Below, piece after piece: positions 53,854 through 63,738 of a DNA stretch of 64,000 bases (its first letter is position 1; each line of letters opens with the position of its first letter). The notes beneath the pieces are model-generated. The model saw only the letters and a program-made list of their open reading frames with translations, was not told the origin of the DNA and ran no database searches. The position numbers were made by a program, and so were the translations under genes. Source of the DNA: an uncultured Methanoregulaceae archaeon (lineage in GTDB: Archaea > Halobacteriota > Methanomicrobia > Methanomicrobiales > Methanospirillaceae); NCBI GenBank assembly GCA_963705255.1, contig OY970061.1, positions 1,312,001 to 1,376,000 of the forward strand, in the 5' to 3' direction.

Positions 53854-54312
53854 TCAGCAGGTGCCGCCGCACCCGCAGCCGCTGTCTTTACCACCGGTCT
53901 TTTTCCCGGGCTTTGCAGAATCCGTCTTCCGGCCCTCGCCCTTCCAGCATGCTGCAACGATCTTCTCTATATCATCATTCGTGTAGGATTTCGAGGGCCC
54001 CTTGGTGATGCCGAGTTCGGTCATGACAAGGTGCTGTCCTGCTGCAACGCCCTGTGCCCCGGCTATCTTCTTTGCACAGAGCATCGGGCAGCCGTCAAGA
54101 ATGACGACTTCATCGGCATTCATCGCGTTGGCGATAAGATTTTCCGCACCGATGGCGAGCAACGAGGCGCAGGCGATACTCCCGTAACCTTCCTCAGTCA
54201 GCTGAAGTGCCGCAAGGTTGGTCAGCTGTCCGACATTCGCCTGCCCGGCACAGGGAAAGATAATCCGTTTCGGTTCGTTGGCTCCGCATGAACATTTTGT
54301 CGTTTCTGTCAT
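53854..54312 (-). CDS. DGC-domain putative zinc-binding protein
   Basis: PCAGQANVGQLTN, LDGCPMLCAKK, C-terminal CGCGGTC. Confidence 0.88.
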   Translation of the reverse strand: MTETTKCSCGANEPKRIIFPCAGQANVGQLTNLAALQLTEEGYGSIACASLLAIGAENLIANAMNADEVVILDGCPMLCAKKIAGAQGVAAGQHLVMTELGITKGPSKSYTNDDIEKIVAACWKGEGRKTDSAKPGKKTGGKDSGCGCGGTC

Positions 54313-54317
54313 TGTTT

Positions 54318-54554
54318 TCACTCCGTCAACATTTTCTTGATCTCATTCACATCAGGTATCCGGCCTTCCGCCATTTTCTCTCCATTGATGAAGAGCGCAG
54401 GCGGGAGCATTACACCGTGCCCGACAATTTCAGCAAGGTTTTCCACTTTAACGACCTCTGCCGTGATTTTCAGTTCCATTACTGCCTGCTCGGCATTGGC
54501 AAAGAGCCGTTTGCACTTCGCGCAGCCGGTTCCGAGTACTTCGATTTTTGTCAT
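54318..54554 (-). CDS. small redox-active disulfide protein (thioredoxin-like)
   Basis: IEVLGTGCAKC, GVM..PAL.ING. Confidence 0.92.
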   Translation of the reverse strand: MTKIEVLGTGCAKCKRLFANAEQAVMELKITAEVVKVENLAEIVGHGVMLPPALFINGEKMAEGRIPDVNEIKKMLTE

Positions 54555-54571
54555 GATTTGCTCAGTCTGTC

Positions 54572-54844
54572 CTATTCCTGGTTTTGTTTCCGGCCCGATT
54601 TCCGGTATTCCTCAACGAGTGCCTCCGCATAATGGTTCTCGACAGCGGAAGGGATGTAATTGTACACCTTGACCTGTTTCAGGAGTGCCTCGCGGATTGC
54701 CGGATCGCTGGTCAGGTTCTGAACCCTGACAGCGGCAATGCTCTCATCAAGCATAGTAATACCGGTCGGGAGACCGTTGATGGTAATCTGCCGGATACGC
54801 CGGAGGGCCTCGGCAGCGCAGCACGGTTTGTTATCGTTCTCCAT
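54572..54844 (-). CDS. hypothetical protein with N-terminal CC motif
   Basis: KPCCAAEA, YNYIP..E..YAEAL; first gene of the operon. Confidence 0.75.
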   Translation of the reverse strand: MENDNKPCCAAEALRRIRQITINGLPTGITMLDESIAAVRVQNLTSDPAIREALLKQVKVYNYIPSAVENHYAEALVEEYRKSGRKQNQE

Positions 54845-54874
54845 TTCCTGACTCCGGAAATCTAATTTGTTTCG

Positions 54875-54948
54875 AATTTCAAATTTTGTTGAATTAGTGT
54901 GAACAAGGCAAGATTATATATCTTTGCATTTCAGATTATCTTGAAATG
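54875..54948. promoter_or_regulatory. divergent promoter with two ArsR-type inverted repeats
   Basis: AATTTCAAATTTTGTTGAATT 54875-54895 and CATTTCAGATTATCTTGAAATG 54927-54948 flank TTATATAT. Confidence 0.6.
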
Positions 54949-55347
54949 AAGCGAAAGGTCGCAACCTGCTGCGGTGCACCGGCACAAGAGGGGGATCCGG
55001 CAACAGAGATTCCGGAACAGATCCAGATTGAACTCGATGCGATAGGAGGACTTCCGGCCCTGTCGAAGCGCATTCCCTCGAAAAAAATTCTCGATGAGAG
55101 AGGAAGGATCTACCAGGCCCTTTCTGATCCGCTCCGCCTCTCGATTCTCTATATTATCAGGGACCAGCCACTCTGTGTCTGTGTCATCAACCGGTTCATG
55201 CGACTTTCCGGTTCAAAACTTTCCTATCACCTGAATATCCTAAGGGAGAGCGGGCTCATCGAAGGGGAAAACAACGGCAATTGGATTATCTATTCGATTA
55301 CTGATCGCGGGCGCCGGCTCCTTCAATGTACGGAACACGCGGGATAA
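54946..55347 (+). CDS. arsR: ArsR/SmtB transcriptional repressor
   Basis: ALSDPLRL.IL, LCVC, LSYHL.IL.ESGLI, WIIYS. Confidence 0.9.
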   Translation: MKRKVATCCGAPAQEGDPATEIPEQIQIELDAIGGLPALSKRIPSKKILDERGRIYQALSDPLRLSILYIIRDQPLCVCVINRFMRLSGSKLSYHLNILRESGLIEGENNGNWIIYSITDRGRRLLQCTEHAG

Positions 55348-55413
55348 CTGCGTATCTGTTAAAAAACTGCCTAAACTGCAAATTATTTATAGAACCTGCG
55401 ATAAGTATCATTC

Positions 55414-56053
55414 ATGTCAAATTCAAAAAAAGTTGAAATACCGCAGGGGGTCTGGGACTTCCACGGACATATCTGTCCGTTCATGCCGATCGGATACCGG
55501 ATGGGACAGGTTGCGATGCGGGAACTCGGCGTTTCGCATATCGGGGATCACGGTGCATTCGGCCTCTCGGAGATGGGTGTCGGGCACCCGCAGACCTGCA
55601 TGATTGACGGGTTCATGGCCGTCACCGGCTGGTACGTACGGGAAACTCATGATGGAGCGGCTCAATTATGGAAAGGTCGCATGTCTCCTCGTTGTCCCCG
55701 GGAAAGGAGCGGTTCGCGTGTACCTGAAATCGGAGTTCCAGGACGCGCTCGGCAAACAGGAATTTTTTGTCTACCGCAAGAAGGGGATCGAACCGTCGCA
55801 GGTCCCCGCCGATGTCGTGAAAAACGTCGTGGATATGGTTCTCACGGCAACGGAGGCTGAGCTGTTTACCGTCACGAAACTACCGGACTTCACCTTCGGC
55901 CGCCCGAAAGGTTCCTTTGCGAAGATGAAATGCAGCAAGTGCGGCGAGTATGTCTTCGAGCGGTACGCGCGGATGGTGGACGGCAAGCCCGAGTGCATTC
56001 CTTGTTCGGGATATGACCAGACCTGGGTAAACGTCCTGAAAGGTACGCAGTAA
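55414..56053 (+). CDS. FmdE/FwdE family protein with C-terminal Zn finger, +1 frameshift near 55631
   Basis: FHGHICP, CMIDG, restored TGCTYGK, CSKCGE...CIPC. Confidence 0.88.
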
Positions 56054-56064
56054 TCCGGTGAACA

Positions 56065-56838
56065 ATGGACAGCACCCTGTTGATCGCGGTCATCGCCGTC
56101 TTTCTGGTATCGATCATCTTTTCGATGTTCGGGCAAGGGGGCGGATCGCTCTACACACCGATCCTTTTCCTCATTGGATATACGGCGCTCGTATCGATTT
56201 CTACATCGCTTGTGCTAAACCTCATTACTGCTTTTGCAGCAGCGATTATATACTACCGGGCAAATCTTATCGATTTCCGTCTTGCAGCTGCTTTTATTCC
56301 AGGCATCTGTATTGGTGCGTTTATCGGTGGCGCAATGACTAACTTTGTGAATCCCGCGATCCTTCTGTGGCTCTTTGTCATATTCCTTGCCGGCGCGGGG
56401 GGACGGATGATCTATACCTGGTGGGAGAAGTCATCTGCCGAAGAGGAATGCCCCGTTACCTTCTCGCGGGGGATGTATGTGGGGATCGTTTTGTTCAGTT
56501 TCGCGGTCGGGATTCTCTCCGGTCTTCTTGGGGTTGGCGGGGGAACTATCATCATACCGGTTTTGATCTTCCTGTGCCGGTATCCAACGAAAAATTCAGC
56601 AGGTACCGTAAGTTTCATCGTAATCTTTTCCTCGATCTTCGGTGTCGTCGGACATTCGGCGTTTGGCAGCCTGGACCTGGAACTTATTGCAGTTACGGCA
56701 GTTGCGGTCTTCATAGGAGTTACCATCGGTGCTAGATATATGGTGAAAATCCAACCCCGGTATATCAAGGCGGGTTTCGGGGTGGTTCTCTGGGTGTTTG
56801 CTCTCCAGCTTATCCTCAAGCTGATGCAGAGCCATTAG
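56065..56838 (+). CDS. TauE/SafE family sulfite exporter-like permease
   Basis: FGQGGG..YTP and GLLGVGGG..IIP repeats. Confidence 0.9.
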   Translation: MDSTLLIAVIAVFLVSIIFSMFGQGGGSLYTPILFLIGYTALVSISTSLVLNLITAFAAAIIYYRANLIDFRLAAAFIPGICIGAFIGGAMTNFVNPAILLWLFVIFLAGAGGRMIYTWWEKSSAEEECPVTFSRGMYVGIVLFSFAVGILSGLLGVGGGTIIIPVLIFLCRYPTKNSAGTVSFIVIFSSIFGVVGHSAFGSLDLELIAVTAVAVFIGVTIGARYMVKIQPRYIKAGFGVVLWVFALQLILKLMQSH

Positions 56839-56951
56839 CATTTTTTTTAAGAGAGGTGGATATCAGAAAAAGAAAATTAAAATCCATTTTGAGTAATTTT
56901 CTTTTATGTCCTCAATAGTATCTTTCCGGTTCTGAAGTACCGAATGAGAGA

Positions 56952-57353
56952 TTAACGTGTTTTTGATTTTATTACCCTCTTTGATGGAATTTTCTCATCA
57001 TGGCAGTTTCCCCGGCACTGGTACCTGTCAATAGAATCCCGTTTCTCCGCCCACTGGATCAGGGGAAGGACTGCCTCGCAGAGCTGTTTCCCGTCTTCAG
57101 TCAGGGAATACTCAACCCGTGGCGGGATCTCCGAGAATGATTCCCGGTGAATCAGGTTTTCTTTCTGGAGATCTTTTAACACATCGGCAAGGGTTTTGGG
57201 ACTTATCCCGTCAAGCCTCTGCATGATATCATTGAACCGGATTTTCTCATGATGGCCGATGATGCTGATGATCAGGATGGCCCATTTTTTTGCAATGATA
57301 TTGATGATGCCTTCAAGGGGGCACAGGCAGATGTGATTACTATTGTTTTCCAT
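56952..57353 (-). CDS. HxlR-family wHTH regulator
   Basis: CPLE...II.KKW, RFND, ISPKTL, PPRVEYSLT. Confidence 0.93.
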   Translation of the reverse strand: MENNSNHICLCPLEGIINIIAKKWAILIISIIGHHEKIRFNDIMQRLDGISPKTLADVLKDLQKENLIHRESFSEIPPRVEYSLTEDGKQLCEAVLPLIQWAEKRDSIDRYQCRGNCHDEKIPSKRVIKSKTR

Positions 57354-57406
57354 AGTCACTTTAAAACTATAAACTTGACACTATTAATACTATTCAATTG
57401 ATAGTA
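57352..57406. promoter_or_regulatory. AT-rich divergent promoter with inverted repeats (HxlR operator candidate)
   Basis: TACTAT-N7-ATAGTA at 57388-57406; ATAGT-N9-ACTAT over the regulator start. Confidence 0.45.
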
Positions 57407-57440
57407 AGTTTAAAGAAGAAAATTTTTGGAGGAAAGAAGT

Positions 57441-57632
57441 ATGTGCCATGTATCAGCGGGAAATCCGGTATCGCCGATGAACGTCCATTGCGGTTGTGAA
57501 TGCGGCTGCCCCGTCATGCTCCCGGTTGAGGAGGAGATCCGCAGTCTTGAAGACCATAAAAAAATCCTGCAGGACCGGATTGAAACGATCGATAAGAAAA
57601 TTGCCGGTCTGAAGACCGCGAACAAATCATGA
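57441..57632 (+). CDS. small Cys-rich coiled-coil protein (DUF5320-like)
   Basis: GGAGG SD; HCGCECGCP then EEEIRSLE..KK.L..RIETIDKKI; overlaps the next start. Confidence 0.7.
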   Translation: MCHVSAGNPVSPMNVHCGCECGCPVMLPVEEEIRSLEDHKKILQDRIETIDKKIAGLKTANKS

Positions 57633-58546
57633 ACGCCATAGAAGCCGGACACCTCGTCAAGCGATTTGGCACGATAACCGCAGTGAACGATGTCGGCCTC
57701 ACCGTCAAGGAGGGTGAGATCTTCGGTTTTCTCGGCCCGAACGGGGCCGGCAAGACCACGACGATGCGGCTTCTCACCGGTGTTCTCACGCCGGACGCAG
57801 GATCCGTCAGGATTAATAGCATCGACATCCATCACCATCCCCTCACTGCAAAGATGCAGATGGGAGTGATCCCCGAGAGCAGCACGGTCTACGGCGATCT
57901 TTCCGCAGAACAGAACCTCCATCTGAGCGGGAAGATGTACGGCATGCCCCGGACACTCCGGGAAGAACGAATTGATGAGCTCTTATCGCGGCTGGGCCTT
58001 TCCGAAAAACGACGCCTCCCGGTCCGGACATTCTCGAAAGGAATGAAACAGCGGGTGAGTATCGCGTGCGCCATCATCCACCGGCCCCGCGTCCTGTTCC
58101 TTGATGAGCCAACCAGCGGGCTGGATGTGCAGAGCCGCAGGCTCGTGATCGAGACGATCCATCACATGAACGAACAGGGCAGCACGATCTTTCTCACCAC
58201 GCACAACATCGAAGAGGCAAACACGCTCTGCCGGATTGTCTGCATCATCAACAAGGGGAAGATCGTCGCGCAGGACAGTCCCGAGCGGCTCAAGAAGATG
58301 TTCGAGACAACGCAGTCGGTCGAGGTCTCCTTTGACCGGCCTGTAACCCGGGACCTGTTCGCTGCGGAAGGAATTTTGCGGGCAGAGCCGTGCGGTGACA
58401 AGTGGCGGCTGTACACGGACAATCCGGGCATGGTCCTGAAATATCTTGTCGGGCGGGCCGAGCGCGAGTCCCTTGGCATCACTTCGCTCACGACATCCGG
58501 CCCGAGCCTTGAAGAAGCGTTTGTCCAGATCACGGAGTGTGCATGA
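57629..58546 (+). CDS. ABC-2 exporter ATP-binding subunit
   Basis: GPNGAGKTT, FSKGMKQR, LDEPTSGLD. Confidence 0.95.
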   Translation: MNAIEAGHLVKRFGTITAVNDVGLTVKEGEIFGFLGPNGAGKTTTMRLLTGVLTPDAGSVRINSIDIHHHPLTAKMQMGVIPESSTVYGDLSAEQNLHLSGKMYGMPRTLREERIDELLSRLGLSEKRRLPVRTFSKGMKQRVSIACAIIHRPRVLFLDEPTSGLDVQSRRLVIETIHHMNEQGSTIFLTTHNIEEANTLCRIVCIINKGKIVAQDSPERLKKMFETTQSVEVSFDRPVTRDLFAAEGILRAEPCGDKWRLYTDNPGMVLKYLVGRAERESLGITSLTTSGPSLEEAFVQITECA

Positions 58547-59292
58547 TGGAGATCCCGCTATTCCTCCGTGGGATTCTCGTCATCACCGGGAAAAACATGA
58601 GGCTGTATTATACCAAGCCGCCGGTCCTGATGTTCGGGCTCCTCTTCCCGCTCTTCATGTTCTTTGCGTTCTTTGTCGGCCGCCACCTCGACCTGACAAC
58701 ATTCTTCCCGGCGTTCCTCGCGATGATGCTCTTTTTTACTGCATCGTCGGTAGGCCCGCTGATTACGCCCTGGGAAAAACGGGAGAAGACCTATGAACGG
58801 CTCCTTTCCTACCCGGTGACGCAGGACAGTATCATCCTTGGTGATGTTGCGGCGGGCGCAGTCTTCGGGATTGGGATCAGTATCCTCGTCTGGATCGCGA
58901 GTACCGCCTTCGTGCCGGTCGCGATTACGAACATCGGGTTGTTTGCCCTTGCATTTGTCCTCGGCACCCTTTCCTGTGCCGCACTCGGCGCCCTGCTGGC
59001 TGCACCCGCATCCGACAGTCCGCCCAACGTGATGATCTTTTCCAACCTGATACGGTTCCCGCTCATCTTCATCTCCGGGATATTCGTCCCGCTTGCGCAG
59101 ATGCAAGGGTGGGGTCTCGCGATTGCATACTGGTCACCGCTCACGTACCTTGTCGATCTGTTCAACGCGGCCATGTCCGGAACATCGGTATTTTCTCCGC
59201 TTGTCGACTGTGGCGTGCTCATCGGGGTCTCTGCCCTATTCATCGGTGCAGCACGGGTCATCCAGAAACGAAATCTGGTAAAAGGCATGTGA
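58543..59292 (+). CDS. ABC-2 exporter permease
   Basis: Six TMs, FISGIFVP, SPLTY. Confidence 0.92.
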   Translation: MMEIPLFLRGILVITGKNMRLYYTKPPVLMFGLLFPLFMFFAFFVGRHLDLTTFFPAFLAMMLFFTASSVGPLITPWEKREKTYERLLSYPVTQDSIILGDVAAGAVFGIGISILVWIASTAFVPVAITNIGLFALAFVLGTLSCAALGALLAAPASDSPPNVMIFSNLIRFPLIFISGIFVPLAQMQGWGLAIAYWSPLTYLVDLFNAAMSGTSVFSPLVDCGVLIGVSALFIGAARVIQKRNLVKGM

Positions 59293-59450
59293 GAAAACGA
59301 TCACAAACAGGATTCGGGGATTCTTTACTACCTGAAGTACCTCTCCGATGCTACGATTCATGTTGATCCCGCAACGGAATCCGGGCTGATCATCACCATG
59401 TCGCCGAGCACAGCCATGAATGACTGTCGCCTCATTCACACTGATTTTTT

Positions 59451-60062
59451 TTAAATGATGGGAAAATACTTGATCGCTATCGTCTCACAATTTTGCCCGT
59501 TCATGATGCAGAACCCACGAGTCTTTTCAATAACAGAAACCTGCACAAATCCCGCATTCCTGAAAAATTGGGTCACCTCTTCAACAGTCCAGTATGCAGC
59601 GAACCGTAAGAATCTGTCTTTTATTGGTTCGTGCTGATATCTTCGATAAATTTCCCCATCCTTTTCAATGAACCCGACAACGAGCATCCCCCGGGGTCGG
59701 AGCACACGATTCACTTCACGGAAAACCGCTTCGACATCATCAAGAAAACAGATGACCGTCATCATAAGGACGTAATCGAAGGAATCTGCACGATACGGCA
59801 GGTGCCCCCCCTCACCCAGCACGACCTCGATGTTCCGGCTCTTCGCTATTTTCAAAAGATTGCAGGACGGGTCGATGCCATACCCGACGCCGAGCGGTAC
59901 TGCAAACCGGCCTGACCCAATACCCACTTCAAGCCCACGCCCGGTACTGGTTACCGCCTCACCGAGCATCCGAACCTCTGCCTCATAAACCGAACCATGT
60001 TCGTCGAACCAACGATCATAATCAGCGGCAAACTCGTCAAAGACGCGGCGTGATGGAATCAT
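59451..60062 (-). CDS. class I SAM-dependent methyltransferase
   Basis: YDRWF, LEVGIGSGRF, LPY..DSFD, RVLRP.G. Confidence 0.92.
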   Translation of the reverse strand: MIPSRRVFDEFAADYDRWFDEHGSVYEAEVRMLGEAVTSTGRGLEVGIGSGRFAVPLGVGYGIDPSCNLLKIAKSRNIEVVLGEGGHLPYRADSFDYVLMMTVICFLDDVEAVFREVNRVLRPRGMLVVGFIEKDGEIYRRYQHEPIKDRFLRFAAYWTVEEVTQFFRNAGFVQVSVIEKTRGFCIMNGQNCETIAIKYFPII

Positions 60063-60457
60063 CTGCTATTCCCGTCCGAAGGGGCCAGCCGTATTTTCAT
60101 CTTATCCCGGATAGATTCCTCAACTCCTTTCAGTTTTGCAATCCCGGGCTCGCCTTCGCGTTCATAATACAGCAGAAGATGGAAGTAGTCCGCCACAAGA
60201 TCCTGGAACTCTTTTTTGTACCGCACTTCGACATTACTTTCCCAGAGAAAACCCTTGATGGAGATGAACTGCTCTTTTTCAAAAGAGAAGTAGGGTTTCC
60301 TGAGTTGTTCAAAAGACCGGACCGTGCCAAAATTTACCAGAAACTTCAGGAAGCCTTCGGTCAGCGGTTCGTCAAGCACGTACTCTTTCATGAGCGAGCC
60401 GTCAACACAGACTTTAGTCTGAACGGACTTGAGAATCCGCACTCCATGCCACCTCAC
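60059..60457 (-). CDS. hypothetical protein
   Basis: Overlaps both neighbours in an apparent operon; start uncertain. Confidence 0.65.
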   Translation of the reverse strand: MRWHGVRILKSVQTKVCVDGSLMKEYVLDEPLTEGFLKFLVNFGTVRSFEQLRKPYFSFEKEQFISIKGFLWESNVEVRYKKEFQDLVADYFHLLLYYEREGEPGIAKLKGVEESIRDKMKIRLAPSDGNSR

Positions 60458-61598
60458 GGATCGCTTCTGCCGCTACTCTGCACTCATCGCGGGTATTGAA
60501 ATACGAGAAACTTGCCCGGATACAACCTTTCCCGCCGTCAATGCATTCATGGACGAGCGGAGCGCAGTGCAGCCCGGTCCTCATAATCACGTTGTAGGCC
60601 CGGGCGAGGATGAATCCCGCTTCATGATTGTCGATGCCGGCGATATCAAACGATACGACCGGGAGATCGGGTTTTTCATTGTAGATGGTGATGCCCTGTG
60701 TATCCTTCAGTTCGCGGATGAAACAGCGGGTAAGGTCCGTATTCTTCTTCTCGATTGCTTCCTGACCGATCGATGTAATAAACCGTATCCCGGCGTAGAG
60801 CGATGCTATGCCGGGGTAGTTGTGCGTCCCTGCCTCGAACCGCATCGGCATCTCGAAGGGCTGGGTGAGCGTTCTGGAATCCGTACCCGTGCCACCCTGC
60901 CGGGTGATCGCGATAGCATCCGGCTCAGAGATGAAGAATCCGCCAATGCCGGGGATGCCGAAAAGTGCCTTGTGCCCGGTGAATACAAACGCACCGACCG
61001 GGATGTCCGAAAGATCGACCGGGATGTGGCCGGCGGTCTGGGCCCCGTCCACAATAAAAAAAATGTCATTGGCATGGAGGTATTCCGCAATCGGTCTTAT
61101 GTCCTGCACGGACCCGAGTACATTGCTCCCGTGTGTCATCACCACGAGCCGGGTCTCGGAACAGATCGCTTTTTCGATTGCTGCGAGGCTGACGGTATTA
61201 TCAATGAAAGGCACGACCGAAAGTGTGATTGCTCCTTCCTGTTCCAGCGTGGTGAGCGGGCGGAGTACCGAGTTGTGTTCGAGTTCGGTGGTGATTGCAT
61301 GGAACTGCATACCGGTCTTCTTCACAAACCCGTGAATCAGCAAGTTAAGTGAATCGGTGGCATTCTGCGTGAAGATGAAATTTTCAGCAGGCCCCGAATG
61401 GAAAAACGCAGCAAGGGCTTCCCGTGCGGCAGAGGGATAATCCATGGATCCATTTCCCGTTGTCCTTCCCGGTTCGTGCAGCGGCTGCCGCAGGCAGTTT
61501 GCAACTTCCTCAAGCACTTCGGATGGCTTTGGCCATGTCGTCGCAGCGTTGTTGAGGTAGATGAGCGGGGGCTGTGTATCCTGCGGTGCGTGATCCAT
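60414..61598 (-). CDS. class V PLP enzyme, cysteine desulfurase-like
   Basis: YLNNAATTWPKP, EHNSV, TGHKALFG, EAGT, RTGLHCAP. Confidence 0.92.
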   Translation of the reverse strand: MDHAPQDTQPPLIYLNNAATTWPKPSEVLEEVANCLRQPLHEPGRTTGNGSMDYPSAAREALAAFFHSGPAENFIFTQNATDSLNLLIHGFVKKTGMQFHAITTELEHNSVLRPLTTLEQEGAITLSVVPFIDNTVSLAAIEKAICSETRLVVMTHGSNVLGSVQDIRPIAEYLHANDIFFIVDGAQTAGHIPVDLSDIPVGAFVFTGHKALFGIPGIGGFFISEPDAIAITRQGGTGTDSRTLTQPFEMPMRFEAGTHNYPGIASLYAGIRFITSIGQEAIEKKNTDLTRCFIRELKDTQGITIYNEKPDLPVVSFDIAGIDNHEAGFILARAYNVIMRTGLHCAPLVHECIDGGKGCIRASFSYFNTRDECRVAAEAIREVAWSADSQVRSD

Positions 61599-61824
61599 CG
61601 AGATGACTTTTGTTGTGCACCCTCTTTGTTCTTTTGACAACCACGTAAATCAGCATCGTGAAACTCCCTGAAATTGTTCGTTCCTGCCTCAACTCCACGG
61701 TAACTCCCGGACCACTCATATCGCAGGACTGCGGTTCCCGGATACACCGTGTCTCTTATTGAAAACAACGAATATGAGACGGCACATTAGAATAGATCCA
61801 AATAAAAATGAATATCGGAACTCC

Positions 61825-62974
61825 ATGCCACCCTCCCTCAAAAGTCTGGACTTTTTTAAGGACTCATACGAGCTCCGCATCGCCCAGCTGAAATGAAGAG
61901 AGAGAAAACGGAATAAAGGTCGTCGGGACCTTCTGCCTCTATGTTCCGGATGAGATCATCTTTGCAGCGGGTGCCGACCGGATCGTGCTCTGTGGCGGAA
62001 GAGCCGATACGATTTCCGTGGCAGAGCAATCGCTTCCAAGGAACATATGCCCGCTGATCAAGTCCTCGTTCGGGGCGGTGGTCGACGCATGCTGCGGGGG
62101 GAACCTGGCGTGCCCTCATGTCCCCCTGGTCGATGTGGTGGTTGCAGAGGCGACTTGCGACGGGAAGAAGAAGATGTACGAGATCCTTGCTGATTTCCTA
62201 CCCACCTATGTCCTCGACCTCCCGCAGAAACCCGGGAGCCCCGAGGCCCTGAATTATTTCCTTTCTGAGCTCCGGAAGTTCGGGAAGTTCATGGAGGGCC
62301 TGACCGGAAATGTCGTGAGCAACGATGCACTGAGGCGGGAGATCCGGTCGGCAAATGAGACAAAACGGCTCCTCCACCGGCTCTTCGGGCTGAGGAGGCG
62401 CGATCCGCCACCGATCAGGGGATCCGAAGTCCTCCGGGTGATGCAGAAGCAGTTCTTCCTCTCACCCGGCCAGTTCAAGCAGGGAGTCAGCCAGCTCTGC
62501 GACGAGATGGAGCGCGCCACACCGGACGTCCGGACGGGACCGCGGATCATGATCTCGGGGTGCCCGATGGCGGCAGGAAATACGAAAGTGCCGGACATTA
62601 TCGAGCAGAAGGGCGGGGTGATTGTGGTTGAGGAGAGCTGTACCGGCACGAGGTCGTTCTGGGATCTTGTGGACGAGGATAAAGACCCGTGGACAGCCCT
62701 CGCAGAGCGGTACCTGGAGATTCCCTGTGCATGCATGACACCCAATGACCAGCGGGTCGCCCGTATCGTGGATCTCGCGAAACACTACGATGTCCAGGGT
62801 GTGGTGTATTACACCCTGCAGTTCTGCCATGCCTACAATATCGAACGCCTCCGGGTGCAGAGGGCCCTGAAGAAGGAGAAAATTCCCTTGCTTGCGATCG
62901 AGTCTGACTATGGAGACTCGGACATGGAACAGATCGGGATTCGTGTCGACGCGTTCCTGGAGATGATCGTGTGA
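61825..62974 (+). CDS. 2-hydroxyacyl-CoA dehydratase-family / double-cubane cluster protein, +1 frameshift near 61892
   Basis: Restored KVVGTFCLYVPDEII; CPLIKS, TCDGKKK, EESCTG, PCAC, QFCH, IESDY. Confidence 0.87.
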
Positions 62975-63738
62975 TCACCGCGGGGATCGACGCGGGTGCC
63001 GCCACGACGAAGGTGCTCCTGCTCCGGGACCGGGAGATCATAGGGTACCGGATCGCCGGCACCGCGTTTGATTTCCTCACCGCTGCCCGGAATATGTTTG
63101 ACGAGCTCCTTGCGAGCTGTGATATCGGGAGAGAGGTGGTCGGGGAAGTGTACGCTACGGGGTATGGCCGGAATTCCATTTCGTTTGCAGATACATCGAT
63201 CAGCGAGATTACGGCGCACACGAGGGGAGTATCCTTCCTCTTTCCGGAGGTGCAGGGGATCATCGATATAGGAGGGCAGGACTCGAAGGTCATCGTGGTA
63301 GAAGACGGGAGAGTCGCGGACTTTCTCATGAACGACAAGTGCGCTGCAGGGACCGGGAAATTTCTTGAGTACACGGCAAAGGCGCTGGAGGTCCCGATAA
63401 ACGAGCTCGGCGGTCTCGCGCTCGCATCCAACCACCCTGCCGACATCACCAGTATGTGCACGGTATTTGCAGAGTCAGAGGTGATCTCGCTCCGGGCGAG
63501 GGGCGTCACCAAGGAGGACATCGCAGCGGGCCTCATCACGAGCGTCGCGCAACGGGTGGTGGTGATGGCGAAGCGGATGGGATTGGAGGAGCGTATCGCG
63601 TTCGTCGGTGGGGTGGCGAAGAATGCCGGGATGAAGGCAGCACTCGAGAAGGAACTGGGTGTCACCCTTTACGTCCCTTTCGAACCTCAGATTACCGGGG
63701 CCCTAGGGGCTGCAATTGCCGCACAGGGGAACAGGTAA
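62971..63738 (+). CDS. ASKHA [4Fe-4S] activator ATPase (HgdC/BadF-like)
   Basis: GIDAG.TTK, TGYGR, DIGGQDSK, MNDKCAAGTG, CTVFAESE, GGVA.N. Confidence 0.95.
   Translation: MITAGIDAGAATTKVLLLRDREIIGYRIAGTAFDFLTAARNMFDELLASCDIGREVVGEVYATGYGRNSISFADTSISEITAHTRGVSFLFPEVQGIIDIGGQDSKVIVVEDGRVADFLMNDKCAAGTGKFLEYTAKALEVPINELGGLALASNHPADITSMCTVFAESEVISLRARGVTKEDIAAGLITSVAQRVVVMAKRMGLEERIAFVGGVAKNAGMKAALEKELGVTLYVPFEPQITGALGAAIAAQGNR

Noticed and set aside
55414-56053. Programmed frameshifting in fmdE, the kinase, ArsP or the dehydratase-family gene
   Set aside because: No common slippery heptamer or stimulatory structure; sequencing error is the simpler explanation.
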